Source: Azolla caroliniana (taxonomy: Eukaryota; Plantae; Polypodiophyta). Taken from it: a stretch of DNA of 64,000 nucleotides. This document shows positions 49,474 through 63,130 of the stretch, in pieces; the first letter of the stretch is position 1, and every line of letters starts with the position of its first letter. The notes beneath the pieces are model-generated. The model was not told where the DNA came from. It ran no database searches and saw nothing but the letters and a program-made list of their open reading frames with translations. The DNA is taken from positions 806,001 to 870,000 of the forward strand of contig JBHGNT010000002.1 of the NCBI GenBank assembly GCA_043228905.1. Direction: 5' to 3'. The position numbers were made by a program, and so were the translations under genes.

Positions 49474-49924
49474 AACTCACCATGATTGTTCTACTACCTC
49501 CACTGAGAGTCAATGGTGTCCTCTTTCTCTTTGCGTTCTTTGCTTGATTGTCGGGGTCTAAATTTTAATGGCTTTGAAGGCGACAATAGAAAGGCCAAGT
49601 AGGTAATACATACCATATGGCCAACTCACCATGATTGTTCTACTACCTCCACTGAGAGTCAATGATGTCCTCTTTCTCTTTGCGTTCTTTGCTTGATTGT
49701 CGGGGTCTAAATTCTAATGGCTTTGAAGGCGACAATAGAAAGGCCAAGTAGGTAATAAATACCATATGGCCAACTCACCATGATTGTTCTACTACCTCCA
49801 CTGAGAGTCAATGATGTCCTCTTTCTCTTTGCGTTCTTTGCTTGATTGTCGGGGTCTAAATTCTAATGGCTTTGAAGGCGACAATAGAAAGGCCAAGTAG
49901 GTAATAAATACCATATGGCCAACT
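49474..49924. repeat. Tandem triplication, 3 x 149 bp
   Basis: Units start at 49474, 49623 and 49772; copies 2 and 3 look identical; AACT microhomology. Confidence 0.95.
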
Positions 49925-50242
49925 TGGATTTTAAGATACACAAATATATCCATGATGAATTGCTCTTTCTTTATTTACAAATATTTAAGCGTGTATCTCG
50001 AGTGGTAAATTATTAGACTTTCAATGAATCCTTCTGCTTTCAAGCATCTTTCATGCACCATATGTCACAATCTCCTAAACTATATGCGATATCATTGTAT
50101 CGTCTTTAAAATCATGACTCTCCTCGAATAAAACAGATGACACATCCATCTCAACTATGGGCCCATGGGTTGATAACCTCTCTCCTCTCTTTTCATACAA
50201 GAGTAGCATCCATTTGTAACACTAGCCCCATCTCAAACCCCT

Positions 50243-50245
<3 letters not shown>

Positions 50246-50312
<67 letters not shown>
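50246..50312. repeat. (AC)n microsatellite
   Basis: Seen directly. Confidence 0.97.
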
Positions 50313-50315
<3 letters not shown>

Positions 50316-50629
50316 TACGATAGTGACGAAAAGCCTTATGGGAATGAAAACTCAATATCTAGTGTTTGCAAGGATTTATGTACATGTGAGTAATTATTCT
50401 GATGGGATGGATACATGAGATTGCTATGTCTCGCATCCCTCGTTGCACACACTAATAATGGAATCAATGATTGCTCTCTCTCTTAATGAAAACACTACTT
50501 ACGAGGGGTGTCACAATGGAATATGGACACCCACTAACTTAGACTACATGGGTAGTGGAACATGTGGAGTTGCCAATAGGCAAGACGAACACTCCACTCA
50601 TGAAATAATTTCCACTTGCTCCAATGAAG

Positions 50630-50668
<39 letters not shown>

Positions 50669-52019
50669 GATCGCAATAGTAAGACAGAAGCCGGGCTGAA
50701 ATTGGGCCTACATTGGAGGTCGGGCAGCACAACATGTTTTCCTTTTCCTCCCTTCAAGTTTAGGTCTTGAGTTTTTAACTCTCATGAGTCATGATTTTAC
50801 TAATGGGAAAAAAGGAAAGGGAATGTTTGGCTTGTTTGTGTGTGGTTGGGTTTGAAAATGAGAGAGGAGTTTACTTCAGTTAGTCTCAGTAGAATTTGAG
50901 GGAGCTTCTTCTTCTGCTGCTGCTGCTACTGCTGCTGCAGGCCAAGAAGAAAGACATAAAGCAAGAAGGATAGAGAAGAAACAGAAGGCAGGAGGTGGAT
51001 CAGAAAGAAAGAAAGAACTTTTGGAAGAAAGACAAAAGATATAGAAGAAAGAAAGGGAATCAGAAAGAAGAAAGGCAAGGAAGGAAGAGGAGGGGAATCA
51101 GACAGAGAAGGAAAATTTGATCACAAACAGAAGAAGCAGAAAGAAGAAAGAGAGAAACCAGGAGAGGAATTAAAGACAGAAGAAAGGTGAAGAATCGGAA
51201 ATGAGAATCTTAAAATTTTATTTAGAAGATATTTAGGTCAATCGTGCTGCATCCATTTATTGGTTTCCTCATCCATTGCTCCTGAATTCAAGCTTCAGTT
51301 CTAACCCGATCTTGCTCACGTTTCTGCAGATTGCAAGAAGCAGCAGAAGAGAGAAAACGGTGAAGGATAATAACAAGAAGAAGGGGAAGAAGGAGAAGAC
51401 GAAGGAGAAGGAGCAGGAGGAGACGAAGAAGAAGAAACAGGAAAAGAAAGAGCAGGCCCTAATAGGATTTTAGGTCTAGTTAGCTTCTTGACCTGATTCA
51501 TTGCTTTCAAGTTCAATCTTCCCTCAAATCTAACTCCATTTCTGCTCATTTCCACTCTATGCAGATTTCTTTCTCCGAGTCTTTCTTTGTCTGACCTAAC
51601 CTAAGGTTTTTTTATTGTTTCGACGAATTCCAAGAAGAAGGCAGTGATAAGTTGTTAGGTCTGTATCTGTGCGGATGTCTTGATGCTTTCTTTACCTTTG
51701 ACACGAAGCTTCATTGATAAATAATGTTATACGTTCGTTCTGCAGATCATGTGAAATCAGAAAAAGCTTCCGTGTTTGGCACTCATATCGTCTTTGGATT
51801 ATTTAAGAAGAATCACATCACAAGAACTTAAAATTAAAGGTCGTTTTCCGTCATGCGAATTCTGGAGGAAAAATGCTCCATTCTCATTCAGCTTAGACTT
51901 CATTCCGATCTAATTGAATTGAATATTCCTCGCCATTTTTGTAGATTTCAATTTATTCTGATGTGAAACTTCTGTCTATTTCTGATCATACTTCTTCCCA
52001 TATTGTAAACATTACACTA

Positions 52020-54586
52020 ATGAGATTGGTAATGAAAGGTCCTTCCCTTTCCTGCAATCCTGGAGGAAAATGTTCCATAGCTACACTTGTGTGGATGCTA
52101 GCTGTATGGATACTTCTTTTACATCTTTATACATCCTTTTACCCTAGAAGATTTATCCTCTCGGACCCTCACTCTTCTCTCAGAAGGCTTCCTTACAGTG
52201 AATTTGAAGGAATAGAAGACAAAGACTTGTTTGTTCCAGGAAAAAAACGTGTTAATCCTTCAAATCGGCCACACAGAACAAGAAACATTTCTGCATCGGA
52301 AGATTTCATGAATCCTTCCTCATTGAAAAGGCAATGGTATTTTCCAGACAAATCATTGGCCATCAATCCATTGACTTGTCCAGAAGACGAAAAGAACTAT
52401 CTATATCCAGGTAGAGAATGGCGTGATACAGAAGGAAGACCAATCCAAGCGCATGGAGGTGGAATATTATATGTTCCTGAAACAAAGACATTTTATTGGT
52501 ATGGTGAGAACAAAGATGGTAGAACCTATCACCTTCAAAAAAGATCAGTTGCTCGGGTATGATCTCTTCTCTATGTCTCTCCTGAAATTAGCTTGAAACT
52601 TTTGAAATTATTTAGGTCCATACTGACAAAGTATTTATGAATTATTTGCTCTCAAACCAGCTGAAGTACTTCATGCGTGTTGATTCAAATCATTAAAGAA
52701 TTTCACAATAAACTGGTTAAATCAATTATTTCCATTCAGACTAGTTATAAATGATTTGGTCAATCTCATTAAATCCTTTCCTGTAAGTGGTTAAACGAAT
52801 TAGCTCCAAAATGGTTAAATTCTTTGTGCCAAACTTGTTAGAAATATGATCCTTGTCTAAGACCTTTGTTTTGAAGTAGAAAGATTGTGCTCAAATAATT
52901 TGTCGTCTCTGCAAATTTTTTTCCTCTTATTACTAATTTGTACACATAAAAGCTCCTTGAAAATGCCTACCATTGTATGCAAGGTAGCCAGAATTTGGGC
53001 CTCAATCTCATTAAATCCTTTACCTGTAAGTGGTTAAACTAATTAGCTCCAAACTGGTTAAATTCTTTGCTCTAAACTTGTTAGAAATATGATTCATGTC
53101 TAAGACCTTAGTTTGGAGTAGAAAGTTTTTGTTCAAATAATTTGTCGTCTCTGCAAATGTTTTTCCTCTTATCACTAATTTGTACACATAAAAGCTCCGG
53201 GCAAATGGCTATTATTGTATGCGATGTCGCTGAAACTTGAGCCTCATTTTTTGTTATCAACATAAACTCTTATATTCAAGGCACATAGGCATGTATGTAT
53301 ATTCTTGTTCTTGAAGGATTGGAACATATTTGAGAGGCTGTGAGTATTTTATGGGAATGTAGGTTCATAGTGGTTTCTAGGAACATAGCATATGTCCTGA
53401 GGGAATGCAACGATGATTATGGTGCTATGATGTCTACTGCACATTAGATTTACAGCTCACACTTTGTGTTAAGATGATTTACAGTAATGCCTCATGCCTA
53501 TGTAGGCACACACAATTAAAAACTTTCAAGTTGCTTGTACAAGGAATGCTCAGTTAATTCTAGGTATAAACTCCCAAGTTAAGGTTTAGACATCTGCTGT
53601 CTTCGTGTAAAGACAGCATAAATTCTAATTAAGCCTTAGAAGTAATGACAAGTTTACACTTTACAAGAAAAGACAACATGACGAGATAAAACTGTACATG
53701 AACACCTGTGACCTTTTGTACACAGGTAGATGTGATTGGTGTGAACTGCTACTCATCAAAGGATCTTTGGACCTGGAAGAATGAAGGAATTGTCTTGCCT
53801 CCAGAAAAGTTCAATACGTCTCATGATCTTCACTTCAGCAATGTCTTAGAAAGACCAAAAGTGATTTACAATGGTAAAACCAAACAATATGTGATGTGGA
53901 TGCACATTGACATTGCCAACTATTCTAAAGCTTCTGTGGGCATAGCTATAAGCTCAAGTCCAGTGGGACCTTTTACATATCTGTACAGTGGGCAACCGCA
54001 TGGGTATGATAGCAGAGACATGACGTTGTTCAAAGATGATGAAGATGGGCAGGCCTACATAGTCTATTCTTCTGAGGAGAATAGTGAGCTACATGTTGGG
54101 GTGTTAACAGATGATTACTTGAATCTAAAAAGAGTCATGAGGAGGATAATGGTTGGTATGCATCGTGAAGCTCCAGCTGTATTTAAGCATAGGGGCATGT
54201 ACTATATGATAACATCTGGATGTACTGGGTGGGCACCTAATGCAGCTCAAGTTCATTCTTCTGAATCAATGTTAGGAGTATGGGTATCACTTGGGAATCC
54301 TTGTGTAGGAGGTAACGAACATTGGAGACAAACTACTTTTTTCTCTCAAGGTACCTTTGTTCTTCCCCTTCCTGGGTTGCAAGATACATTTTTGTTCATG
54401 GCAGATAGGTGGAATTCTCATGATTTGAGGGATTCAAGATATGTTTGGCTTCCTCTTACAATGGATGGTCCAGCTGATGAACCATTGGATGATGATTTTG
54501 AATTTCCCCTTTGGTTGAGGGTGTCCATACATTGGCACAAAAGATGGAAACTTCCTGATGGATGGAAACCTACTATTTCAACATGA
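52020..54586 (+). CDS. Glycoside hydrolase family 43 (GH43_24-type exo-beta-1,3-galactanase), type II membrane protein, 2 coding exons, about 465 aa
   Basis: Exons 52020-52556 and 53726-54586. N-terminal TM segment IATLVWMLAVWILLLHLY; PGREWRDTEGRPIQAHGGG, YWYGENKDG, GVNCYSSKDL, VLERPKVIYN, SRDMTLF, REAPAVF, FMADRW, YVWLP. Confidence 0.93.
52760..53225. repeat. Diverged tandem duplication (~242 bp x2) in the GH43 intron
   Basis: Units start at about 52760 and 53002 (TCAATCTCATTAAATCCTTT). Confidence 0.88.
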
Positions 54587-55154
54587 TAGTGAAGAAAATG
54601 GAAAACGTGAAAAATCAAATTCAGCAATAATTTTCTTTGTATTCCTGAAATTTGAGAACTACGTTTCTAAAACAGGCTATTTGAAACAGGATGAAAATTA
54701 CTATGGGCTTGATTCTGATTATTGTCTTATTCCATGAAAGCGGAAGGTGTGTTTGGCAGTTATTATGCGATGATGAGTTAAGAAGAATTTCAACATTCTG
54801 GAACCTGGATTGAAGGTGAAATAAGTACAAGCAGACATGGTTTATATATATGCTATAACAGATGAGTCATTTATAGCTCGTTCATTTTGCCAAACTAATT
54901 GTGGCTTGTCTATTGATTAAACTGACAGTGTACAGAAATCGACCTGCAAGTAAATTGTGTACTCTTTTCTCTGGTTCAATGGTGTAGATGTCACTGATGG
55001 AAAATGGAGTTAGATTGTATTCTCGGTCACAATTTGTAGTAGCTTTTGTCATTAGAGCCTTTCATTTTTTTTCCTTTTTATTTATATGTTATATGTTGAT
55101 CAAGTGTGTAAAAGTGTTGTACAACATGTTTAATCCAAAGGCACGTTCATAATA

Positions 55155-55420
55155 GGTACCTTAGAACTGCATGCATAATAAGCATCTTATTTCTCATACA
55201 GATGGACATTTTGAGCAAAACTGGATATGACAAAATTTAAGCATTTGATGTGAATTTGGACACACTTGTGCGCCTATAACTCAATGGTATATACCTTTAG
55301 ATCTACATGCATAATAGGCATCTTACTTCTCATACAGATGGACATTTTGAGCAAAACTGGGTATCACAAATTTGAATACACCTGTGCACCTATAACTCAA
55401 TGGTATAGGCCTTTAGAGCT
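55155..55420. repeat. Diverged tandem duplication (~136 bp x2) between the converging GH43 and RLK 3' ends
   Basis: CATGCATAATA...CTCATACAGATGGACATTTTGAGCAAAACTGG...CTATAACTCAATGGTATA occurs twice. Confidence 0.85.
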
Positions 55421-55716
55421 CAGAATATATGTTGTATTTATATATGAACTCTGTCTAAATGGATTGATTCATGTAATAAATTATGTTTGAATTTACTTCA
55501 GAATATGCCAAGAACCATAGGCATCAGAGCAAAGGAACAGTGTGTTGCAATTAGTTTAGTGTAGTAATTACTGGTTCAGTCAATAGTTACCCAAACCTTC
55601 ATTTCAAATATGAGACCAAATATATGATAAATATTAAATGAAGTTTTTCACAACCATATTGGCAATTAGCAAAACAATATGGTCTTATTCAATTTTTTAT
55701 GTGTTACTTCTGGTTG

Positions 55717-58700
55717 TTATACAAATGCACTCGAGGATGATCCTATACATGACCAAGATGGGGAGGCATCATCGTGGTTGCTAAGACGATCAGCAAGCTC
55801 AAGGTCATGGAGAACATCACTGATTGAAGGTCTATCATAGCTCCGAGCTTGCACACAACCGTATGCCACTTTGGCAATTGTATGTGCTGCACGAGCAGGG
55901 TACAGCCCACCAAGTCGTGGATCCATTAACTCCGTGAACTCCACATCTCCCCTCATTACTGTAAATGCCTGACATATATAATGTCAATTGAGCAAATATC
56001 AAGGAAAAACAATTGAACAGTAATAACAATATACAGAAAGGACAATCTTGTTATTATTGTGGGTAATTTACAATCAAACGTGACTTTTCACAAGCTTTTC
56101 ATGACAAATTATGCTGCCCAACGAGTACACGATGGATGTAGAGGACCACAGAGTATGCCAAAGAAATAGAACTTACGTATGAGGGGGTATACTTCATCCA
56201 GAAGTCTCAGAATGTGAGTTAAATACAACCGAATCGTGTAAAAGCCTCGTCATATGAGACATAACGTGGAAGAGACAATTACGAAAGGAAAGATGTATTA
56301 CTTTGCGACATCTTAGGTTATTGATGGACTACATACACTACTTTCTTTCAAAATAATGAGTAAATGTGCGTCTATTTTACAAAATGTTATGTAAGTGGAG
56401 AAAATATTAGGCGCGTATGTTTTTGTTAGGTTGAGGAAGGTTAAGAAGCCATAAGATTTTATGGGAGTGCACAATCTCATATAGTTGCTATGTGGTACTA
56501 CATCTTGAGCTGCTTTCTTTAACATTTTCTTGTTACCCATCAGGCCATTTATTGCTTCACGATCAAGGATAGACAATAATGTTTGGTCTTGGAACGTGTG
56601 TTCTTTGGTTGCCATTTCGCTAGCTTTTATAATAAACATTCCATTTCTTTTGCAAATCCTGACTTTGGTATCTTATTATGCATTATCGTAACATTAAGGG
56701 GAATCGGGACGTCTATTATTTCATTAGAATTTATTTCTCTCCCAAATTATAACAGACTACTCACCAGTTGCACGAGCGATCTGTTTAGCACAGAATCTCC
56801 ATCAATCGCTTTTCTTCCACTCAGCAATTGCAAGAGAACAACCCCGAAGCTATAAACGTCGCTAGACTCTGTGAGCTGTCCAAGAACGAGATACTCTGGG
56901 TCCAAATAACCTGTGGTTCCTTTTATTTCTGTGGATACATGTGATGCTTCACTCTCCAGAACTTTCGACAGCCCAAAATCGGATAGCTTTGCTTCTAATG
57001 TATCGCTCAGAAGTATGTTGCTTGGCTATAATATAACAAGACGAAAAGTAATGAAAATATTAATTAATTAATGTGATCGAATCTAGCATGTCCTTGACGT
57101 AAAATTACAAAATCCATCAATTTGTCTGCTTTAATTACAGAGATTTAATTACCGAATTCTTTTATTATTTCATCAATCTGATTAATTCACTATTCGATAT
57201 AATTACATAAAACCACCTTCCATTAAGCGATTCCAGCTAATTATGTCACTGTATGATTAAACGATTGATACCTTGATATCCCGATGAATAATGGGCCCTT
57301 CTGGAGACTCATGGAGATATGTGAGTCCTTTGGCACAATCAATGGCGATCTTTACTCTCTGGTTCCAGGTTAAGATCTCAGAATTTGGTCCTAACCAAGA
57401 AGAAAAGAAGCGATTTTAGGACAGCAAACAACTCTATCTGAACTTCATACGCGTAACCAAAATTTGGTCAGCATTTAATCAAGGATGCTTAATATAGCAA
57501 AACCAATAATTCATCAAATAATAGGTAAACCAGTAATTGAAAAGGACAATAGTCAAACTTAATTTGTAGTTTGATTAAATCTTAATCAAGCTAGGATACA
57601 TTTTATTTATCAATCATAGCTTCAAATACACTGATAGTAAATCAAGTCGCATAAAATCAAATGTAAGTATTAATTATTGACCATAAAATTGCTCTAGAGA
57701 GGATTGACCAAGAGACGGGGATGAATAAATAAGAAACTCAGGGGTATTTCGAGTTTTTCCGTCAATACAATCAAGGGATTAAATGAGCCCAGATCATTAC
57801 CCAGCAGTCTTCTTCCAAGGTCTCCATTTCCCATGAATTCATAGACCAAGAAATGAGCGAACCTTGCCTGGCAATAACCCAACAACGCAGTGAGATTGGG
57901 ATGCCTTATTCGAGCTAAGAGGGCAACTTCTTTGTTGAATGTCTCAATTTTCTTCTCTTTAATAATCCTTTTCACTGCAACAAGTTTTCCACTAGGAAGG
58001 CTTCCTAAATACACACAGCCTGCACTTCCTTCTCCGATTTTTAATGTCTGGCTGAAGTTATTTGTGGCCTTCTTCAGCTCTTTTGCATGGAAGATGTAGA
58101 ATCCTTCTGTAGGCAAGAGCACATTCATCGTTTCACTCGAGTATCTGGATGCAGTCGACATCATTGCACCTGCACTAATGCAAGCTAGCAAAAAAAAGAT
58201 GTTGCGTAAGTTAATCCGGTAAAACTTTAACCTTCAATATTTCAGCCTTTGTACTGTCTTCAGTTTTAAACCTTAATCGTCTTAACTTTAAATCTGTTTA
58301 ATCCTTTCACTTTGGTACTAAGTCTGAGCAGTAATCGTGATAGTTTTAATCATTAATCAACTATTTGAGTTATTTATTTAACAAACATTATGTTTTTTAA
58401 ATGAATCCCATCATTATAATTGGCATGGACATCAATATCCTAATCTTTGAACATTCAATCTTACATGCAAAGTATTCTTTCAATTAGTAGTATCGCAATC
58501 TACTAAGAAAGATTTAAAGTTCACTTTAGTATTCCTGTCAAGGCTAAGCATCAAGGTTTAATCCTGATGCATATTAAGCTATGGTGATTTACCTACCTGA
58601 AATTCGACGGGGGAAATAGTAATGATCCTCGAGATTTCTCTCCCTGAGCACAATGAGACTGATCAGTGCGAGACAAGAAACCACGGTTAAAGTTGATGAT

Positions 58701-61332
58701 ATTCCTACGATAATGTAGAGCGTCTTCTTGTGATGATTACTTGAAGAAGAAAAGGAATGAGCTTCTGCTAGAGCTGCGGAATAACAGTTTATCATCAGCA
58801 AAGAATATCCGGAGAATTTACCAAATTATGCTTTATATGCGCCATAAATCTGGAAAGCAGCTGCAAACCGATTTACATTGCTTTCTTAGTCTTAAATTTT
58901 AGGTGATTAACATGCATAGATGAAGAAAGTTGGGGAAGTTGCAGAAATTTATACATATATATATAGGTTTGATCAGAATAGTATTAAGATAAAGGAAATT
59001 CAACAAATTTTGCCTAATATATACCATAGAATATCATCACTTCAGAATATCGAGAAATTTACCAAAATATATAGAGCATAGTCACTTCAGAAGATCTAAA
59101 AATTTACCAGAATATCTAAAACTTTGTAGGAAAAGTCGAATGTTCTTAAACATAAATTCATGTGATTACAACCTATATATGTATAGGTGAATATAATCAA
59201 CTTGGAAAACACGGCATGAAAATTTTAAGACACTGGATTTCAAATATATTTATAGGTCTCGTACTTATAAAGATCTTAACCTAATTTTTCTCATACTTAC
59301 AAAGATTTTGACGTAATTTTCCATTTAAATTTCATGTGATAAATATTATGCGTAGATATGCTTCGTCTATCTTTGATGTGATTAATATCATGTGCAGGTA
59401 AGTTTCCATTCATATACATAAACAAACAATTTTGTAAATAAGCAAGCATACGCTTGTATTAGACAATGAGCTTTCATGGCATTATAAGAAGCTAAGTACC
59501 TGGCAGAGCTGCCGTTGAGGGTACTGAGGTAGACGGTGATCTTGCACTAGAAGACGATTTGTTCAGGAAATCTGCATGGCAGATGCTAAGAACACACAAG
59601 AAATGAGTACAGGAACAAAGCAATTTGATCTAATTTCTCATTGACATACATATCATATTTGAATAGAACTCTAAAATATACTAAACGGAATAGCATTTTA
59701 CATATGCGACTAAACAATTTCCTTTAGCAGCATGTTATACTGCAGATTGTTAAGTCATGCAAACTCAAACTATTGGTCAAGATACCAAAACATCATGGTT
59801 AACCTGGTTTATGTGCAAAATGTTGATAAATCTGCACCTATTTATTGTGGAACCCTGACATTGACGGTGCAGAAAGTGTAATTATACTGTACTATTTGCT
59901 TCATGTGAAAATAAGGAAGCCTTTAGGTATCTCCAGAAGAAGAAGATGATGAACGACGCCAAAGAAGAAGACTCCGCTGATGATGATAGTAAAGAAGAAA
60001 ACCACATAAAAAGTACAGGAAGTTTCCTTTACCTGTAATAGGAACACCATTCAGGATTTCGAGGACACACTGATAGAAGTTCTGAAAAGAAGCAACGTTG
60101 GGGTTAAGGCTAAGCATAGCGACGGCAAGGGCACTGGCACACGCAGCAGGTTTATCATGAGTAACCTCAACAAGGCGATCTATGGCAGAAAGAAGCTGTG
60201 TCTGACAACCCTGACATCCTTTCTGACCGATCCGAGCAAGATCATTACAAGACCTTGAAAGATTGGATAGAAGCTCCGTCCCAGGACCAATTTCAGAAAT
60301 GAGAAGACGATCTAAATCGCTCGTGGTCGCAAAATTACATGCAGAAGTTCCCGCTGTGATCCTCTTTGGAGAGAGAGGGCAGTATCTCTGAAAGAGATGG
60401 AGTTCTGAGGGTGAATTTAGAGCTTCCTCGTATGCTTGTATACATTCCATAGCCTCATCCTCCGATGGGAACATTCGACCTGTGATGTTTGCGTGGACAG
60501 ATAATGCAAAAACGGCTGCACCATAGACGTCTTCACAGCATATCAAGATCTGCGCAGATGAAATGTATTTGTCTTCTCCTTCCGAGTTACTACCATTGCT
60601 CGTGCTATTACTACCAGTGTTGCTGTTGCAGAGACTTGTGAAGTTCTGAAGCGCAGAGAAGTCGTAAGGGCATTCTCCTTTAACTGTTCATTAGTTAATT
60701 CATTCATTGATCATAATAGGGAGAGAAAAATGTGCAGTTTGTTTTACTACGATAGCCATAGCCAGGACTTCATCATTATACACGCAAGTCAAAAAAAACT
60801 CATATCACAGAGACAGAAAAGGATCCTAACCTTCACAATGCACGTCGAACAGACTCGTAACACAGAGACAAACGAATCTTAATACATAGCGTTAAACGCC
60901 CGCACACAAACATTGAAATTACACAGACAGACACATAAAAAAGATAGGGATCTATATAATATATCAGTATTCAGCACCATAGCTAAACCTTGATATCAGT
61001 GCTCAGACTGATTCGTCATAACGAGATAGAAAAGAGCTTGTACATTAGAGTTCACGAAGACGTTATTGATCACACAGACACAGTAGGTTGACACCATAGA
61101 CAAAGCTTGATAATACAAAGATATGTCTTGTGAAAAAGACAAAAAAGTTTACAACATCCAGATATTCCTGCGAAGATCAGATATTCATTCCGAATCAGAA
61201 GTTTTCATACATTTTAACCTACATTTCATAATTACCTTTCGACACAAGTATGCCAAGGAGAAAAACCATGAAGAAGCAGAAGTAGAGTCGTCTGTTTGAG
61301 TGGCAGCATTGTGCAGAAATGAAAGAGACCAT
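55717..61332 (-). CDS. Receptor-like kinase with a Cys-rich SPARK-type ectodomain, TM segment and RD kinase, 8 exons, about 665 aa
   Basis: Exons 61332-61236, 60683-60033, 59571-59500, 58773-58597, 58169-57801, 57390-57272, 57025-56765 and 55968-55717, GT-AG and in frame. Signal peptide; ectodomain CPYDFS...CC...C...CPLS...C...C...CQGC...C...C; [27 protein letters not shown]; [31 protein letters not shown]. Confidence 0.88.
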
Positions 61333-62444
61333 GGCCGTGCAGGTATATGTTGGAATAAGTTACTTGAAAACTGTCAGGGTACAGTTTCACAGAGAAATGA
61401 TGTAAATCCACATTGTGTTAGAAACACTATAATAACCTAAAACTCTTTCTGAGCAGATGTATATTCATCGTCTTCCTCTTCTTCTTCTCAAATATTAGTG
61501 ACTGCAAGAATTTGTCTTCTTCTTCTTCTCCTGCTGGAGAATGAATTGTAGCAAGGCTTCCGTCCAAGCTTACTGAGCAAAATTCTGTAGAGAAAGAATA
61601 GAAAAGATAAGCTCGAATTGATCTGACTGCCTTCTTTTACTGAATCTCTCGGAGATGTCAATGCATCTTTCCCTCTCCCTCCCTCCCGCTGGATGTGTTA
61701 AATCCTTCCTTTCCTTTCTTTGTTTTTTCACTGCCTCAGCGTCTGTATCTGCGTGGTAAATACTGCTTCGCTCCGGTGCTACAGAATGAGGGGATGTAGT
61801 GTGAACAAAACATCTCTTTTTCGCCTCCTTCCTTTTTTGTCCTCCTTGTGAACGGTCAGTCTGATAACCTCTGCACAGTACAGCTGTGGGGAGGAAGGAA
61901 GCTTGACAGGAAGAAGGAGGAGGAGAGAGGAGAATCCATGGAAGCAAATAGCAAGAGAGGTGGGGGGTTGGGCGGAAGCGAAGCCGACAAAAAGAAAGCA
62001 CAGAGATAGAGAAAAAAGGCGCGCGATTGTCAGGAGGAAGAGGAGGATGTCAGTGACGGCAATAAATGCGTACAGCCGAGACGTAGATTATACGTATCCG
62101 TATACATAAATATATATACACAACATACATAAAACATACGCATACTTACATACATATATGTATAAATTTATAATGTATGTATGTATGTATGTGATGCAGC
62201 ATATACCTCCCATATATAACAATTATACCTCATGCATATTTTTGTATTCATCCATTCATTCATCTATTTATTTTTCATTTTTGTTTTCTTTTACATAATT
62301 TTGTATGTGGATGGTGTGTATGCCCGTGGATTCTTGTCGTTAATAATCCTTGGATGGTGTGTGTTGTGCATTTGGGGGAAAAAGGAAAGTAAAGAAAAGA
62401 CAATTTCCGAGTGTAATTCCAAGTTTATTTAACCCATTTACAAG

Positions 62445-62563
62445 TGCTATTCTAAGGATGCGACCAATGCTTTTGCATGGCTCTACGATCCAAGGTTCGA
62501 TCGGAAATGTTATTCTATGGATGCAACCAATGTTTCCGCACAGCTCTACAAGCCAAGGTTCGG
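62445..62563. repeat. Diverged ~63-bp tandem duplication
   Basis: TATTCTA.GGATGC.ACCAATG...GCTCTAC...CCAAGGTTCG occurs twice. Confidence 0.75.
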
Positions 62564-62971
62564 TCTCTAAATCAAGCCTAATAGTTACCATCAATCATGT
62601 CAGGTTGTTTTGACGACTACCTTAGATAATGAAGGATGTGGTTTTTAATTGGACCGTGAGAAATGGGCTCTTATTTCATGGATTTCAAGGGGTAACACAA
62701 CAAATCTGTAGGATGAAAAGGAAGTTGATTTGGCAATTTTCGCAACTATGTTGTGTGGGACGCTGTCCCAAATGAGGTAGATTTATGTCATCTACTGTTA
62801 CAACACTTGAGAGGGTTTACCTTCCCATATCACTAGTGGAGATAGCAAAGGTTGTTTTATCATCTTGTTTTAATAACAAACATGCATTTACTAGGGGAAA
62901 AACTTGACGAAGGATGCTTCTCAATGACAATACAATCTTTTTGTTTGGACCATGGAAGTTTTGACTTGAGC

Positions 62972-63130
62972 ATTAGAAAGTGGTGAGGAATAGCCAATTA
63001 GAAACATCATTATAAACAAAGAGATATCATGCTAGTGAGGTGAACTAAGTGGAGTATTAGAAAGTGGTCAGTAGCCAATTAGAAACATTATCATAAACAA
63101 AGAAATATCATGATAAAATATTTAGAACTA
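62972..63130. repeat. Diverged ~84-bp tandem duplication
   Basis: ATTAGAAAGTGGT...TAGCCAATTAGAAACAT...ATAAACAAAGA.ATATCATG occurs twice. Confidence 0.8.

Noticed and set aside
51276-51473. Lys/Glu-rich 65-aa ORF
   Set aside because: It comes from a GAA-rich tract and has a non-ATG start; more likely GH43 5' UTR.
29712-61332. PLD, CDA, CDT1, GH43 and RLK as a functional cluster or defence system
   Set aside because: The functions are unrelated and no shared regulatory signature is visible; this looks like an ordinary eukaryotic gene neighbourhood.
61570-62109. ORFs upstream of the RLK as separate genes
   Set aside because: No recognisable domain; composition fits the RLK 5' UTR and promoter.
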